Of a stretch of 64,000 nucleotides of DNA, positions 17,568-27,290 are shown one piece after another. Origin of the DNA: Nanobdellati archaeon. GTDB lineage: Archaea; B1Sed10-29; JAGVWA01. Each line of letters begins with the position of its first letter. Positions within the stretch are counted from its first letter, which is position 1. The DNA lies in assembly GCA_018304505.1 (NCBI GenBank), contig JAGVWA010000001.1, positions 68,363 to 132,362 on the forward strand. The letters are read 5' to 3'. The notes beneath the pieces were generated by a model. That model was not told where the DNA came from and did not search any database. It was given only the letters and a program-made list of their open reading frames with translations. Made by a program: the position numbers and the translations under genes.

Positions 17568-18890
17568 TTATCCAAGCTCTGCCCTGATCTTGATCCATGG
17601 CAACAGTGCCGTGCCAAGGTTTTTTCGTTCCCTGCTGACCTCGATTATTTGCTTCATGAAGTCAATGCCATTGGTTTTGAACACCCAGCTTCCTGGGCTC
17701 GGCTGTGCAGTGTACTTGCCGTTCTCGATTACGAGACCCTCATTAACGTTGAAGTTGAAATTCCCGGTTACGTCATCGGCGCTGTGGGTACCCATAGACC
17801 GAATTGCGAGAATGCCCTTATCGACTGAAGACAGCATTTCTTCTAACGGGGTTTGGCCAGGCTCCATTATGAGGTTCGATGGAACGGGCCTTATTGAATT
17901 GCCTGTGCGTGCAGCGTTTCCTGTCGGCTCCTGATTTGCCTTTTGCGCAGTATCGAGGTCATTAACAAACATCTTGAAGACGCCGTTCTCGATCAGTGTT
18001 TTTTTCCTTCCCGGAATGCCTTCATCATCGCAGCGATACGATCCTGTCATGTAGTCCTCCAGCGGGTTGTCATGGAGTGTTATTGGTAATTCTGACAGCG
18101 TCATTCCACGTTCTAGTTTTGACAAGCCCTGTTGTTTCGTTAATAATGAGAAATGATTGCTGGCGATGCCTTCTAAGAGCTCTGCAACCGCGTCTGGCGC
18201 CAGAATAATGACGGCGTTTTTCCTGTCAATGCCGATGTCCTCCGGGGACTTTTTGTCCTTCAGCACCCGTGCCAGGCATTCAGTTGGAACCCTCGAAAAA
18301 GCATCGGGGGAGAGCATTTTCCCGGATTCCTCATATTCTAATTGCTCGTCGTTTATCCCGACCGCAAGCGAAACGCTAGTTCTAGCACCAGGCAGCGGCT
18401 CTGCGTTTTTTGATGACTGAAAAATGGATTCTGAGTACTTAAGGGTCAGGTAAGCCTCAGCGGTTTCAAGTTCAACACCCTTGTATTTTGCCTCAGTTTC
18501 TATTGTGTCAACCGCTGTTTGTATGAGCTGCTTGGCCCTGGCAGGGTCTTCAATTAGGGCCTTGATTTCGCTGTCCCAAAGCTCAACTTTCGCGGGCACT
18601 ACTTGGGGAAACTCCCTGACGCTTGCTTCTGAGTCTGACTCGAGGGCCTTCTTGACAGCGCTTTTCATTACCTGGGCATCAAAGCTGCTCACTGCCGCTG
18701 ATGCTTTTTTGCCGCCCTTCACCATGTCAATCACCAGGGACTCGGCCTTGTCGCTCAACAGCGGCGTTATCTCCCGGTTTTTTGCCTTGAACTTAAGCGT
18801 CGTGTGTTCTGCGGCCTTGTACCGCCACTCGGTGACGCCGTTGCTACTAAGGGCGCTTATGACGTTCTTCGCTAGTTCTTCAGTATTCAT
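17568..18890 (-). CDS. pmbA: PmbA/TldE (peptidase U62 family)
   Basis: 440 aa with CDDEG and GNAAR-type motifs; adjacent to tldD. Confidence 0.8.
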   Translation of the reverse strand: MNTEELAKNVISALSSNGVTEWRYKAAEHTTLKFKAKNREITPLLSDKAESLVIDMVKGGKKASAAVSSFDAQVMKSAVKKALESDSEASVREFPQVVPAKVELWDSEIKALIEDPARAKQLIQTAVDTIETEAKYKGVELETAEAYLTLKYSESIFQSSKNAEPLPGARTSVSLAVGINDEQLEYEESGKMLSPDAFSRVPTECLARVLKDKKSPEDIGIDRKNAVIILAPDAVAELLEGIASNHFSLLTKQQGLSKLERGMTLSELPITLHDNPLEDYMTGSYRCDDEGIPGRKKTLIENGVFKMFVNDLDTAQKANQEPTGNAARTGNSIRPVPSNLIMEPGQTPLEEMLSSVDKGILAIRSMGTHSADDVTGNFNFNVNEGLVIENGKYTAQPSPGSWVFKTNGIDFMKQIIEVSRERKNLGTALLPWIKIRAELG

Positions 18891-18908
18891 TATTACATCC
18901 CCTTGCTG

Positions 18909-20387
18909 CTAGGCCTGCACCGTCAGGTTTATGTGTTCTGTTTTTTTGAACCTCGTGAACTCAGGGCCCCCGTCAGACACTGGCTTACGTTGGCCTTCCT
19001 TTCCGCAGTGCCCAATGCCATCAACGCTGATTTTACCGGCAAAGGCGTCTATGTCAAAGAGTGCCTTTTTGGTGTCCATGGAAATGGTTGCCGGTTTTAA
19101 GTATCCTGTGACTTTGCCGTTCTCGACGTAGTGTCCATAGGCTGCCGTAACGTTCATGTTTTCCTTTGCAACAGTGCCTCCGGTCATCCTATACAAGATG
19201 ACGCCTTTCTTTACGTCTTTTAGTAACTCGTGCAGCGATTCCTTGGTCATCGAGCCGTCTGCGGGCTCCAAGTAGGTGCAGTTCATCCTGGGAATCCTCG
19301 AAGAGCCTAATTGGGAGAACGCACCGCCGTTTGGCTTTTTCCCATACCTAGCCGCGGTTTCGCGGGAATGGATCATGCCGTTCAGCTTGCCGTTCTTGAT
19401 TAAGTACTTCTTCTGCGGTTCATTACCCTCGTCGTCTATGTATTCGGAGCCGTGTTTTCCTTGCACATTGCCGTCGACGACGTTGACAAAGGGCGGCGCA
19501 ATGACGTCCTGCTTTGGTTTTCCGTCCTTGCTCCAGAATGCACTAGAGCCGTCCCTGACAATGTCTGCCTCGAAAGGGTGGCCAATGGCCTCGTGCATAA
19601 ACGTGCCGATGACAGATGAGTGGACTATAACGTGGTCCAGTTCCCTTGTATCATTGCCTGTCATGGTTCGGGCATTGTGCAATTGAACTGACGCCTCGCA
19701 GGCTGTTTCAAACATCGCCTTTGTGGCCGCGTTTAGTGTGCCGTTTTCGTCAACGTAGTGCGAGATGTCCTCGGTCACTGACGTTGATTCCATGTTGTTT
19801 GTTATCGCGCCGTTTCTCTTTGTCTTGTAATAACAATACAGGCTGCTCCGGGGCAGCTCCTGGGTCTTGAACATGCCGTCAGTGTCTGCAATGATTTTTT
19901 GGTCTATCGCTGATGCCACAACAACGTCTGTCTTTATCTCTGTCCCAAGGTGCTCTTTTTCCTTTGCCCGCGCAATTTGCTCGAGCTGCTCTGCAACACG
20001 GGCCATGACCTTAGTCATATTCACTGTGCGCAGATCGACCTTCGCATTTGTTGAATAGTGCCCCTCCGTTGGCTCTATTGGGGCCAGCCTAAACTCGCCT
20101 TCTGGCTGCAGTTTCAGCAATGCGGCAGCCTTGTCTATTGCGCCTTTCAAATTGTCAGGGTTCGTCACGCTCAGCTCGATGTTCTGCCCGTTGTTGTTGA
20201 CGAGGCGCATGTGCACCCCGACTGAATAGGTGTACGGCGTCATGTCGATCTTTTCAGGCAATTCCCTCGTCAATATGGCCCTGTGCGACGCCTCGTAAAG
20301 CAGATCTGCGTAATCGCATTTGGTCTTAGCATACTCCAGGGCCTCAGTGATCTTGGACCTGAGTTTTTCGTAGAATTCTTGCACCAT
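18909..20387 (-). CDS. tldD: TldD metalloprotease (peptidase U62)
   Basis: Zinc-binding HEAIGHPFEAD motif; start trimmed to MVQEFYEKL. Confidence 0.85.
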   Translation of the reverse strand: MVQEFYEKLRSKITEALEYAKTKCDYADLLYEASHRAILTRELPEKIDMTPYTYSVGVHMRLVNNNGQNIELSVTNPDNLKGAIDKAAALLKLQPEGEFRLAPIEPTEGHYSTNAKVDLRTVNMTKVMARVAEQLEQIARAKEKEHLGTEIKTDVVVASAIDQKIIADTDGMFKTQELPRSSLYCYYKTKRNGAITNNMESTSVTEDISHYVDENGTLNAATKAMFETACEASVQLHNARTMTGNDTRELDHVIVHSSVIGTFMHEAIGHPFEADIVRDGSSAFWSKDGKPKQDVIAPPFVNVVDGNVQGKHGSEYIDDEGNEPQKKYLIKNGKLNGMIHSRETAARYGKKPNGGAFSQLGSSRIPRMNCTYLEPADGSMTKESLHELLKDVKKGVILYRMTGGTVAKENMNVTAAYGHYVENGKVTGYLKPATISMDTKKALFDIDAFAGKISVDGIGHCGKEGQRKPVSDGGPEFTRFKKTEHINLTVQA

Positions 20388-20400
20388 CGTCACTACCCCC

Positions 20401-20760
20401 CTACAGCCACCCGAAAAACGTTGCAATCAACAAGGCTCCGACACCGCCGACACCGCCAAGGACCGTGACGAGGATAACAAGCCCATTCATGGGAATCGGC
20501 ACGTTGAACAAGTACACTATAATAAGTAGCGCCGCGACGCCCGCGATCGAGTTGACGACGAGGTTCTTGAGCATGTTGAAGATCATGAACGCCAAAACGA
20601 AGAGTATGACTGCGGCCACGATAAGCGTGAAGTCGCCCTGGAAGCACTTTATGGGCTCGCTCAGGTCACAACCTGCCAGCCTCGAAACAGTGCTTGAAAC
20701 AAAACCCGTGGCCACGTCACCTACCAGATCCCCTGTGATGTTCGACACCGCATCAACCAT
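20401..20760 (-). CDS. small membrane protein (3 TM), hypothetical
   Basis: 119 aa with hydrophobic helices and a Gly-rich C-terminus GGVGGVGALLIATFFGWL. Confidence 0.4.
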   Translation of the reverse strand: MVDAVSNITGDLVGDVATGFVSSTVSRLAGCDLSEPIKCFQGDFTLIVAAVILFVLAFMIFNMLKNLVVNSIAGVAALLIIVYLFNVPIPMNGLVILVTVLGGVGGVGALLIATFFGWL

Positions 20761-20796
20761 ACGCCTTTATAAGGCCCCCATATTATAAAAGCCTTC

Positions 20797-21450
20797 ATGT
20801 ACACTGAGGAACAGGAAAAGATAGCTCGATTATTGCTGAAAGGCCAAAAAACTGTTGAGGACTTGCGCGACGAACTCGACATGCCTGCTGCGGACCTGCT
20901 CAGCGGACTCAAGGAGCTCATCAAGCTCAGGGTTGTGGAAAAACAGGGCAACAACTACAAGCTGATAGACAAGATAACTGCAACTGCTTCTGACGACATT
21001 GAAGAGCACTTCAAGCTTCACATGATCATAGAAGGAAGCGGGCCTGAAAAGGACGCCGTGGAAAAGCAGATGAACCTCATGACCCAAAGGCTGAAGGCCG
21101 ACAGGATCAAGATCACTATGTTCGAGAAATCCGAGATGCTCAAGACCGACGTTGGTTATAACCAGCACATCGACATCGAGTTCTACGTGCCAGAATTTCA
21201 GGATGCCGTGAAGATGGTCATGAACTACGGGCCGACAATTGTTGAGGTACTGGAACCCAGGGAGACCGAGATTACGGCCGAGACCATGGAAAGGGCCCTC
21301 CAAGAGCTCACAGCATCAGTACACTATTACAGCGAATGGATCGCCAAGTACGAGATGGCAGTCCAGGAGTTGACGAAGAAGCTCAAGGAGACCGCAGGGG
21401 TCGAGAACGTGCTTTTCAGGGACACTACGCAAAAAAAATCGAGGTCCTGA
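20797..21450 (+). CDS. putative winged-helix transcriptional regulator
   Basis: N-terminal wHTH-like segment (ARLLLKGQKTVEDLRDELDMPAADLLSGLKELIKLRVVEKQG) followed by a coiled-coil. Confidence 0.4.
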   Translation: MYTEEQEKIARLLLKGQKTVEDLRDELDMPAADLLSGLKELIKLRVVEKQGNNYKLIDKITATASDDIEEHFKLHMIIEGSGPEKDAVEKQMNLMTQRLKADRIKITMFEKSEMLKTDVGYNQHIDIEFYVPEFQDAVKMVMNYGPTIVEVLEPRETEITAETMERALQELTASVHYYSEWIAKYEMAVQELTKKLKETAGVENVLFRDTTQKKSRS

Positions 21451-21592
21451 AGGCCTAAAATCACAAGGCACGGCCACCCAGAGGGCAAGGTATATATACC
21501 CTTTACGTCAAAAGGAGTAAAAACAACCCGAAAAAGGCGAAAAACTTAGGCAAATGCCGAAGTCAACATAGACAAAAACGCTATGTAGTACC

Positions 21593-21608
21593 AAAAGCTT
21601 TATATATA
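21593..21608 (+). promoter_or_regulatory. BRE/TATA promoter (aaaagcTTTATATATA) of the S-layer candidate gene
   Basis: Matches the archaeal BRE plus TATA consensus. A GGAGG Shine-Dalgarno sits at 21700-21704, 8 nt before the ATG at 21712. Confidence 0.5.
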
Positions 21609-21711
21609 GAAAATCGATGATGTTTACGAAGCCTAGACTTTGTTCTGGGCTTCTGTAAATCTTGATATACAAGAAAACAAAAAAACAAAAATAAAAAATG
21701 GAGGAAATACC

Positions 21712-24495
21712 ATGAAAAGCTTGAACATAAAGCGAGCAGCAGCAGTTGCAAGTGGCCTTGCAATGGTTGGAAGCATGATAGCTCCTGGTATCGCTCAAGT
21801 ATCAGTAGGCGACGGCGTTGCCAACTTGGTTAGCACTATGAAGTCTAACCTGGACGCAACACAATGTGTCGTCGGTACAAACGGAGCAGCAATCAGTGAC
21901 GGTGTACAATGTGCAAAAGTTGTACAGGCACTAATGGCTGCAAACTACGTCGCATCAGCAGACGGCCTCTCAACAGACACAACTGGAGTAGGCGCAACAT
22001 CTACAGGCGACAAGTCTGTTACAGTAACTGTAGCAGGCGGAACAACAGGCACGGTAAAATCACAAACAACCAGCACAAGAGTCGTAGAAATGACCCGAAC
22101 CGCGGCTGGAACAGGAGCACCTGCAGTCTACCTAACCGATGAAACAAACAAGACAATCGGACAATCAGAGTTCCCAGACGCACTAAGCAAGACAACAATA
22201 CAGAGCACTGTAAACGGCAGCTCGGACACATACGTGTACGAGGAAAAGATCTGGCTCTGGAACGTGAACGCACAATACCTCGAAGCAACGTCCACAACCT
22301 ACCCAGGACACGGACTATACTTCGTAGCACCATATACTGAACCCGGAGCAACTGGAGAAACAGGACAATCTACAAGTGCAGCCATTGAATATGGTATTGA
22401 ATTCTCCGGAAATGGAATAAAGACCGGCTCTGGTTGGAGCTACCTAGAATCGCCAAGCATTGTAATGTTTGGCAAGGAATTTGGTCTTGACACATCAAAC
22501 ACAAGAGATGGACAAGCAAAACTATTCCAAGGTGGAACCACAAGCCTGAACTCCGGAGAAACAGTAGTAACAGCTGAGGGCGTGTCAGTAACCTTCACCA
22601 CAGGATCAAAAGTGGGCACAACCGTCTACGGACAATTCAAGGTAGAGGGAACATACTCTGACGGAACAACCTACAGCTTCTCAACAAGCCAACTAGCAGC
22701 AGGGCAAAGCCAAGAATTCGGAAGTGGAACAAAACAAATAACCGTATTCGTAGACTTTGTCGGTGAAGTAGGCACAGGAACATACACTGGAAGGGTAAGG
22801 GTCGGTGCAGCAACAATAACACTAACAGAAGGCTCACCAGTGCCAGCAGCATTCGGAGACGACCGATGGTACGTGTCTGAAGTCAATGGAACCAACACAT
22901 CAACAGCAATAGCTGGTTACGTAAAAAGAATCAAGTTCAGATACGGTAACCCAGCATACACCACAAAACTAGAACGAGGACAATTCGACACAAGCACACA
23001 GTACGGCCTAGCACAAGGGGTAACTGTAAACGGACCAAAGAACCTAGGAACAGGCGAAGGATACCTCTTTGACTTGGCAATGACCGGCTTTGGCTCAACA
23101 AGCAGCCAAGTAGACACAACCGCAGTAAAACTGCAAGGCTCTGGATCAACTACAGCTGAGCAATACATCCGAGCAGAATGGACCTCAAGAGATGGAACAG
23201 CAAACGTTTTTGCACCAAGCACAGGGGCATTTGCAGTGTTTGCAGTCAACGAAACCGCATCTTTAGGTGTTACAATGACACCAACAACACCAACAACAAT
23301 AGTTAACGACAAGGTCGTAGAGTTCGTCAATGTCGACGACTCAACATCAAGCAACGTCAAGGTAACACTGCGCGTAGGTGGTTTAGGTGGAGAACAGGTA
23401 ACCTTTAGCGGTTTCGCAAACGCTAGCGGTGACTCACAAACAGGCCTAAGTGTATGGGACAAGGGAGCAAACCCAATCACCTGTACAATAACCATCAACT
23501 CAGTAACCAGCGTAACACTAGGCTTTGCAGGAACAACGGCAGCAACGTCAGACGCCTCAAGCGGACTCTGTGACTCACATCCAAACATCATCCCAGTAGG
23601 CGACGCAACAAGGATAACCAACACTGGTGGCAGTGTGCCATACCTCGACATGCTGGGTGCAAAAAATGGGACATACGCAGATGGGTCAGCCATCATAGTT
23701 GACTTGGCCGGCAACGTAACCTTCACTGACGACCAACGAGACTGGAGCTATATTAGACTAGTTGAACCAAATGGAGACAACATAACAGCAGTCTACGACA
23801 GGGATGTCACTGGTGACATAGATGACACAAGCGACACAGCAGGACAAGGTTTCTTGCTGTACAACGTCCTAGCACCAAACGAATCTGGTTACCTAAACTT
23901 GACTGGAGCAACAGCAATGGTCCACCAAGTAGCAAGCACAAACGAGGCTAACATCTACGAAAACAACAAGTACCACACAACCAGAGGCGGATCTGTGATC
24001 GACGGCGCAACAAGGTCATCACTAACACTGGACGTGCCAGAAACAAGCACAGGCAGGAACGTCATCTTGGAAATCACCAAGACCGCAGCAGCGCCAACAG
24101 GCGAAGCAGTAGAAGCTGGCGACCAGGTAGTGTCTGAAGGAGGCATCGTGAGCGGAGTAACAATCAAGTCAATCACATGCCCAACAGCAACAGTAACTGG
24201 CCTCGACTCAGTAACCGTAGTCGGCGGAGCAGGTGGGGCCCTCTTTGAGAGGCAAGCAGCTCTGACACCAGGCAGCTTGATCGCAACAGACACCACAGCA
24301 ACAGCAACCTACCAGATCGTTGTCGGTGGACCATTCGTCAACAGAGTGGCACAGGCCATGGCAGCTGGACAAAGCACAACAGAACTCGGCGCACAAGTAC
24401 TTGCAGCAGAAAGCAACAAAATCTTAGCAGCAGGATACTCTGGAACTGACACAGCAGCAGCAGTCGACGAACTGATCAAATTGCTACGAGCGTAA
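21712..24495 (+). CDS. Surface-layer (S-layer) protein candidate
   Basis: 927 aa with signal peptide MKSLNIKRAAAVASGLAMVGSMIAPGIA. Extremely Thr/Ser/Gly/Val-rich with many N-x-S/T sequons, a strong promoter and SD, a T-rich terminator, and a glycosylation gene cluster downstream. Confidence 0.65.
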   Translation: MKSLNIKRAAAVASGLAMVGSMIAPGIAQVSVGDGVANLVSTMKSNLDATQCVVGTNGAAISDGVQCAKVVQALMAANYVASADGLSTDTTGVGATSTGDKSVTVTVAGGTTGTVKSQTTSTRVVEMTRTAAGTGAPAVYLTDETNKTIGQSEFPDALSKTTIQSTVNGSSDTYVYEEKIWLWNVNAQYLEATSTTYPGHGLYFVAPYTEPGATGETGQSTSAAIEYGIEFSGNGIKTGSGWSYLESPSIVMFGKEFGLDTSNTRDGQAKLFQGGTTSLNSGETVVTAEGVSVTFTTGSKVGTTVYGQFKVEGTYSDGTTYSFSTSQLAAGQSQEFGSGTKQITVFVDFVGEVGTGTYTGRVRVGAATITLTEGSPVPAAFGDDRWYVSEVNGTNTSTAIAGYVKRIKFRYGNPAYTTKLERGQFDTSTQYGLAQGVTVNGPKNLGTGEGYLFDLAMTGFGSTSSQVDTTAVKLQGSGSTTAEQYIRAEWTSRDGTANVFAPSTGAFAVFAVNETASLGVTMTPTTPTTIVNDKVVEFVNVDDSTSSNVKVTLRVGGLGGEQVTFSGFANASGDSQTGLSVWDKGANPITCTITINSVTSVTLGFAGTTAATSDASSGLCDSHPNIIPVGDATRITNTGGSVPYLDMLGAKNGTYADGSAIIVDLAGNVTFTDDQRDWSYIRLVEPNGDNITAVYDRDVTGDIDDTSDTAGQGFLLYNVLAPNESGYLNLTGATAMVHQVASTNEANIYENNKYHTTRGGSVIDGATRSSLTLDVPETSTGRNVILEITKTAAAPTGEAVEAGDQVVSEGGIVSGVTIKSITCPTATVTGLDSVTVVGGAGGALFERQAALTPGSLIATDTTATATYQIVVGGPFVNRVAQAMAAGQSTTELGAQVLAAESNKILAAGYSGTDTAAAVDELIKLLRA

Positions 24496-24690
24496 GCTAG
24501 TAGATAAAACCCAAAAAATAAAAAAGGGAAAAACCCTTTAGGGACGCGCGAGGCGCAGGCTCCGACACGGAGCAGCAGGCCACAAAAGCGCCCACCCCTA
24601 TTGTTTTTCCCTTTTTTCTATTATCTTTTTTTATTTTCTCTACAACAGAAAGCGATAGCTATAAAAAGCGAATAAAAGACAACTGATTGC

Positions 24691-25200
24691 ATGAACAAAA
24701 AAACAACAGCTGTAATGCTCATAGTAGCAGGCCTCCTAATCGCAAACCTGCTGATTTTCGGAGGCTTCATAACAAAGCCCAGTACGCTGGTGTACAAGGA
24801 CGCAGAAATCATTGGCCAGAATGACGTGGAGCTAGAAATCCTTCAGGCACTCTCCAAACCAAAAATAGTCCTCATTGCAGAAGGCGACAAGGAAGCATCG
24901 CAAAAAACCCTGGCAACAACCAACGCCCTCGTGGGGCTGGTCAAGGCCTTGCCTGGAAAGCAAACCGAAATCCTAGGCATTGAGTACCAAAACGGCGAAG
25001 TCGTGAATTGCGTAGACAATGACCTTGAGTACTGCTTAAACCGCGTGCCTGGAGAAGACGAACTCCTAATATTACTTAAGTATCCCAATTACCAACACAA
25101 CCGAATCCTGATAAATGGCAACACCCTCGAGTTTCAGGCCAAGTCCGGGGTCGAGGTGCTGGCCTTAACTCAACTCTTCGAAAAGGCCTTCATAAAGTGA
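24691..25200 (+). CDS. membrane-anchored hypothetical protein
   Basis: 169 aa with an N-terminal TM segment; no motif. Confidence 0.4.
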   Translation: MNKKTTAVMLIVAGLLIANLLIFGGFITKPSTLVYKDAEIIGQNDVELEILQALSKPKIVLIAEGDKEASQKTLATTNALVGLVKALPGKQTEILGIEYQNGEVVNCVDNDLEYCLNRVPGEDELLILLKYPNYQHNRILINGNTLEFQAKSGVEVLALTQLFEKAFIK

Positions 25201-25207
25201 GACAAAT

Positions 25208-26113
25208 ATGAAGAATTTCGCGTGGCTTTTACTCAGTTTTCTCATTCTTGCTGCAATCTATGCGCTGACAGGGCCCGAAATCGCCCTTCACAACCTCAAC
25301 TTTACCTCAATAGCTGTTGCTGAACTGGCCCTGCTTTCATCAATCTGGGCGTGGGGAATAGCCTGGGGTTTCATCCTGGGGCTAACTCCAAAACAAGCCC
25401 TGAAAAGCAACACCCGGGCGATGCTTGGAATCTTCGCCCCCCTTGGCTTTGGGGCAGATGCCATCAGGGCAATGGAAGGCAAGCGCTATGGTTTGAGAAA
25501 GCGCGAATCAATCAGCGCCAGCTTCATTGTAAAGCTCTTCAAATTTTTACTAATGCTGCTCTTTTTGGGGTTCTCCATCCTGCTACTGAAAACATTATCA
25601 ATAGAGCCTGGCCAACAGATCTCGCTGTTCATAGGCGCAATCGTCTTCACGAGCCTCGGAATCCTCTTCATCATCGCCGCGTCCATGCCGGACATTGCAC
25701 GCCTCATTGGAAAAAAATTCAAAAAGAGCACTCTGCTCGACTTCCAACAAGAGCTCTACAACCAGCTGAAACAAATGAGCTTAAAGAAATCAATACAATT
25801 AACCCTCATTTTGCTCGCTTCATCATTGCTAGAAATCACAGCCGTGTTGTTTACCTTTGACGCAATCTCGAGGCCAGTAACGAGCATCCATGCGTTCATT
25901 TATTCTGCAATCTCGCACTCGCTGGCCCTAATAACCGTGACGCCGCAGGGCCTTGGCTTTGTCGAAACAGGATCATATCTGGTGCTGCAGAGCGGTTTCT
26001 TTTCATTCCCCGCAAAGGCTATCGGCCTCTTCATCATACTGTGGGCCATAATCCGAATATGGGTACCCAGCCTCCTCGGCCTAGCGTCATACAAGCTGCT
26101 CAGGCACGATTAA
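25208..26113 (+). CDS. Flippase-like integral membrane protein (UPF0104/TIGR00374-like)
   Basis: 301 aa, ~8 TM. This family typically neighbours GT2 genes in archaeal glycosylation clusters. Confidence 0.55.
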   Translation: MKNFAWLLLSFLILAAIYALTGPEIALHNLNFTSIAVAELALLSSIWAWGIAWGFILGLTPKQALKSNTRAMLGIFAPLGFGADAIRAMEGKRYGLRKRESISASFIVKLFKFLLMLLFLGFSILLLKTLSIEPGQQISLFIGAIVFTSLGILFIIAASMPDIARLIGKKFKKSTLLDFQQELYNQLKQMSLKKSIQLTLILLASSLLEITAVLFTFDAISRPVTSIHAFIYSAISHSLALITVTPQGLGFVETGSYLVLQSGFFSFPAKAIGLFIILWAIIRIWVPSLLGLASYKLLRHD

Positions 26114-26159
26114 AAGCTTTATATACACCGCTGTGCAGAAAGAACATTGGTGCGTAAGA

Positions 26160-26828
26160 ATGCCCAAAATAAGCGTAGTGATACCTGCTTTTAACGAGGA
26201 AAAGCACATTCGGGCAGGGGCCCTGGAGAAAATCGAGGCTGATGAGATCATCGTGGTTAATGACGGATCTACAGACAACACCGAGGAAGCCATCAAGAAA
26301 GCCATGAGCCGAGACGAGCGCATCACCCTGATTTCATACGAACAAAACCGTGGTAAGGGTTACGCAATGCGCCAGGGGGCTCTTGCTGCGGCTAATGACA
26401 CGATTGTGTTCACTGAATCTGACAGGCAGTTCTCACACAGCGACATTCCAAAACTCGCCCAGGCCCTTGAAAACGCAGACATTGTAATTGGAAAACGAGA
26501 AAACAAGCACAGCATCCCAAATAGACGCCGCATGAACCTGTTTTTGACAAAACTCGCCACCTTCCTTGCAACCGGCCACTGGTACCACGATCCGCTTAGT
26601 GGTTTCCGGGCCATCAGAAAAAAGGACTTTGAAGCCCTGGGCCTGCACGAGGACAGGTTCAACATAGAGGCTGAAATGAACACAAAGGCCATCTGGAGAG
26701 GCCTGCGCAGAATCAAATACGTCCCCGTTATTGTAACTTATCACAGCAAGGAGTTCAACAAATTCAATTGGAAGGACGCGAAGAGCCTTGCCAAATACCT
26801 AACACGGGCAGTTTTTAGACGCGCGTAA
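26160..26828 (+). CDS. Glycosyltransferase family 2 (dolichol-phosphate sugar synthase-like)
   Basis: N-terminus ISVVIPAFNEE...VVNDGSTDNT and a DxD-like ESD motif. Confidence 0.8.
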   Translation: MPKISVVIPAFNEEKHIRAGALEKIEADEIIVVNDGSTDNTEEAIKKAMSRDERITLISYEQNRGKGYAMRQGALAAANDTIVFTESDRQFSHSDIPKLAQALENADIVIGKRENKHSIPNRRRMNLFLTKLATFLATGHWYHDPLSGFRAIRKKDFEALGLHEDRFNIEAEMNTKAIWRGLRRIKYVPVIVTYHSKEFNKFNWKDAKSLAKYLTRAVFRRA

Positions 26829-26855
26829 CAGCGCAGACAGCATGACGGTGTAACA

Positions 26856-27290
26856 ATGCAGCTCCAAGACGAAGTACCAAAGCACGACAACATTGTGTAC
26901 GTAGCTTTGATTGCCCTATCGATATACTCTCTGTACACTGTTTTCACGTACTCGCTTATCGACACCAAGGCCACTTACACAATGCGCTTCATCAACAAAC
27001 CAGAAGCCCTTAATGCAACGCAGAATTTAGACTTTTCAGTATCCCTCAGAACAGACGCTAGCATCCCCGTGAATTTCACTACACTCGTACTTATTGATGG
27101 AATTATCGTGGAAAGCGACAGCAAAACAATTGGCCCGCAAAGCGAAAACACACTGCAATTTTCGTTAGCAAATCCCGGTGTTGGAAAACACCGTGTACTG
27201 TTAAAGGTATTTGATCCTCTGCGGGATTACGATTCTTATTCCAGCAGGGCACGGCCATACGAATTATACTTCAACGTTGATGTGAAATGA
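26856..27290 (+). CDS. membrane-anchored hypothetical protein
   Basis: 144 aa with one N-terminal TM segment. Confidence 0.35.
   Translation: MQLQDEVPKHDNIVYVALIALSIYSLYTVFTYSLIDTKATYTMRFINKPEALNATQNLDFSVSLRTDASIPVNFTTLVLIDGIIVESDSKTIGPQSENTLQFSLANPGVGKHRVLLKVFDPLRDYDSYSSRARPYELYFNVDVK

Noticed and set aside
18903-19686. Plus-strand ORFs inside tldD and minus-strand ORFs inside the aRF1 intein region (34114..34305 etc.)
   Set aside because: They overlap strongly supported genes on the opposite strand and show no motifs.
21909-24396. Numerous ORFs on both strands inside the S-layer gene (e.g. 22917..23726 on the minus strand)
   Set aside because: They are by-products of the biased Thr/Ser/Gly codon composition of the S-layer ORF.
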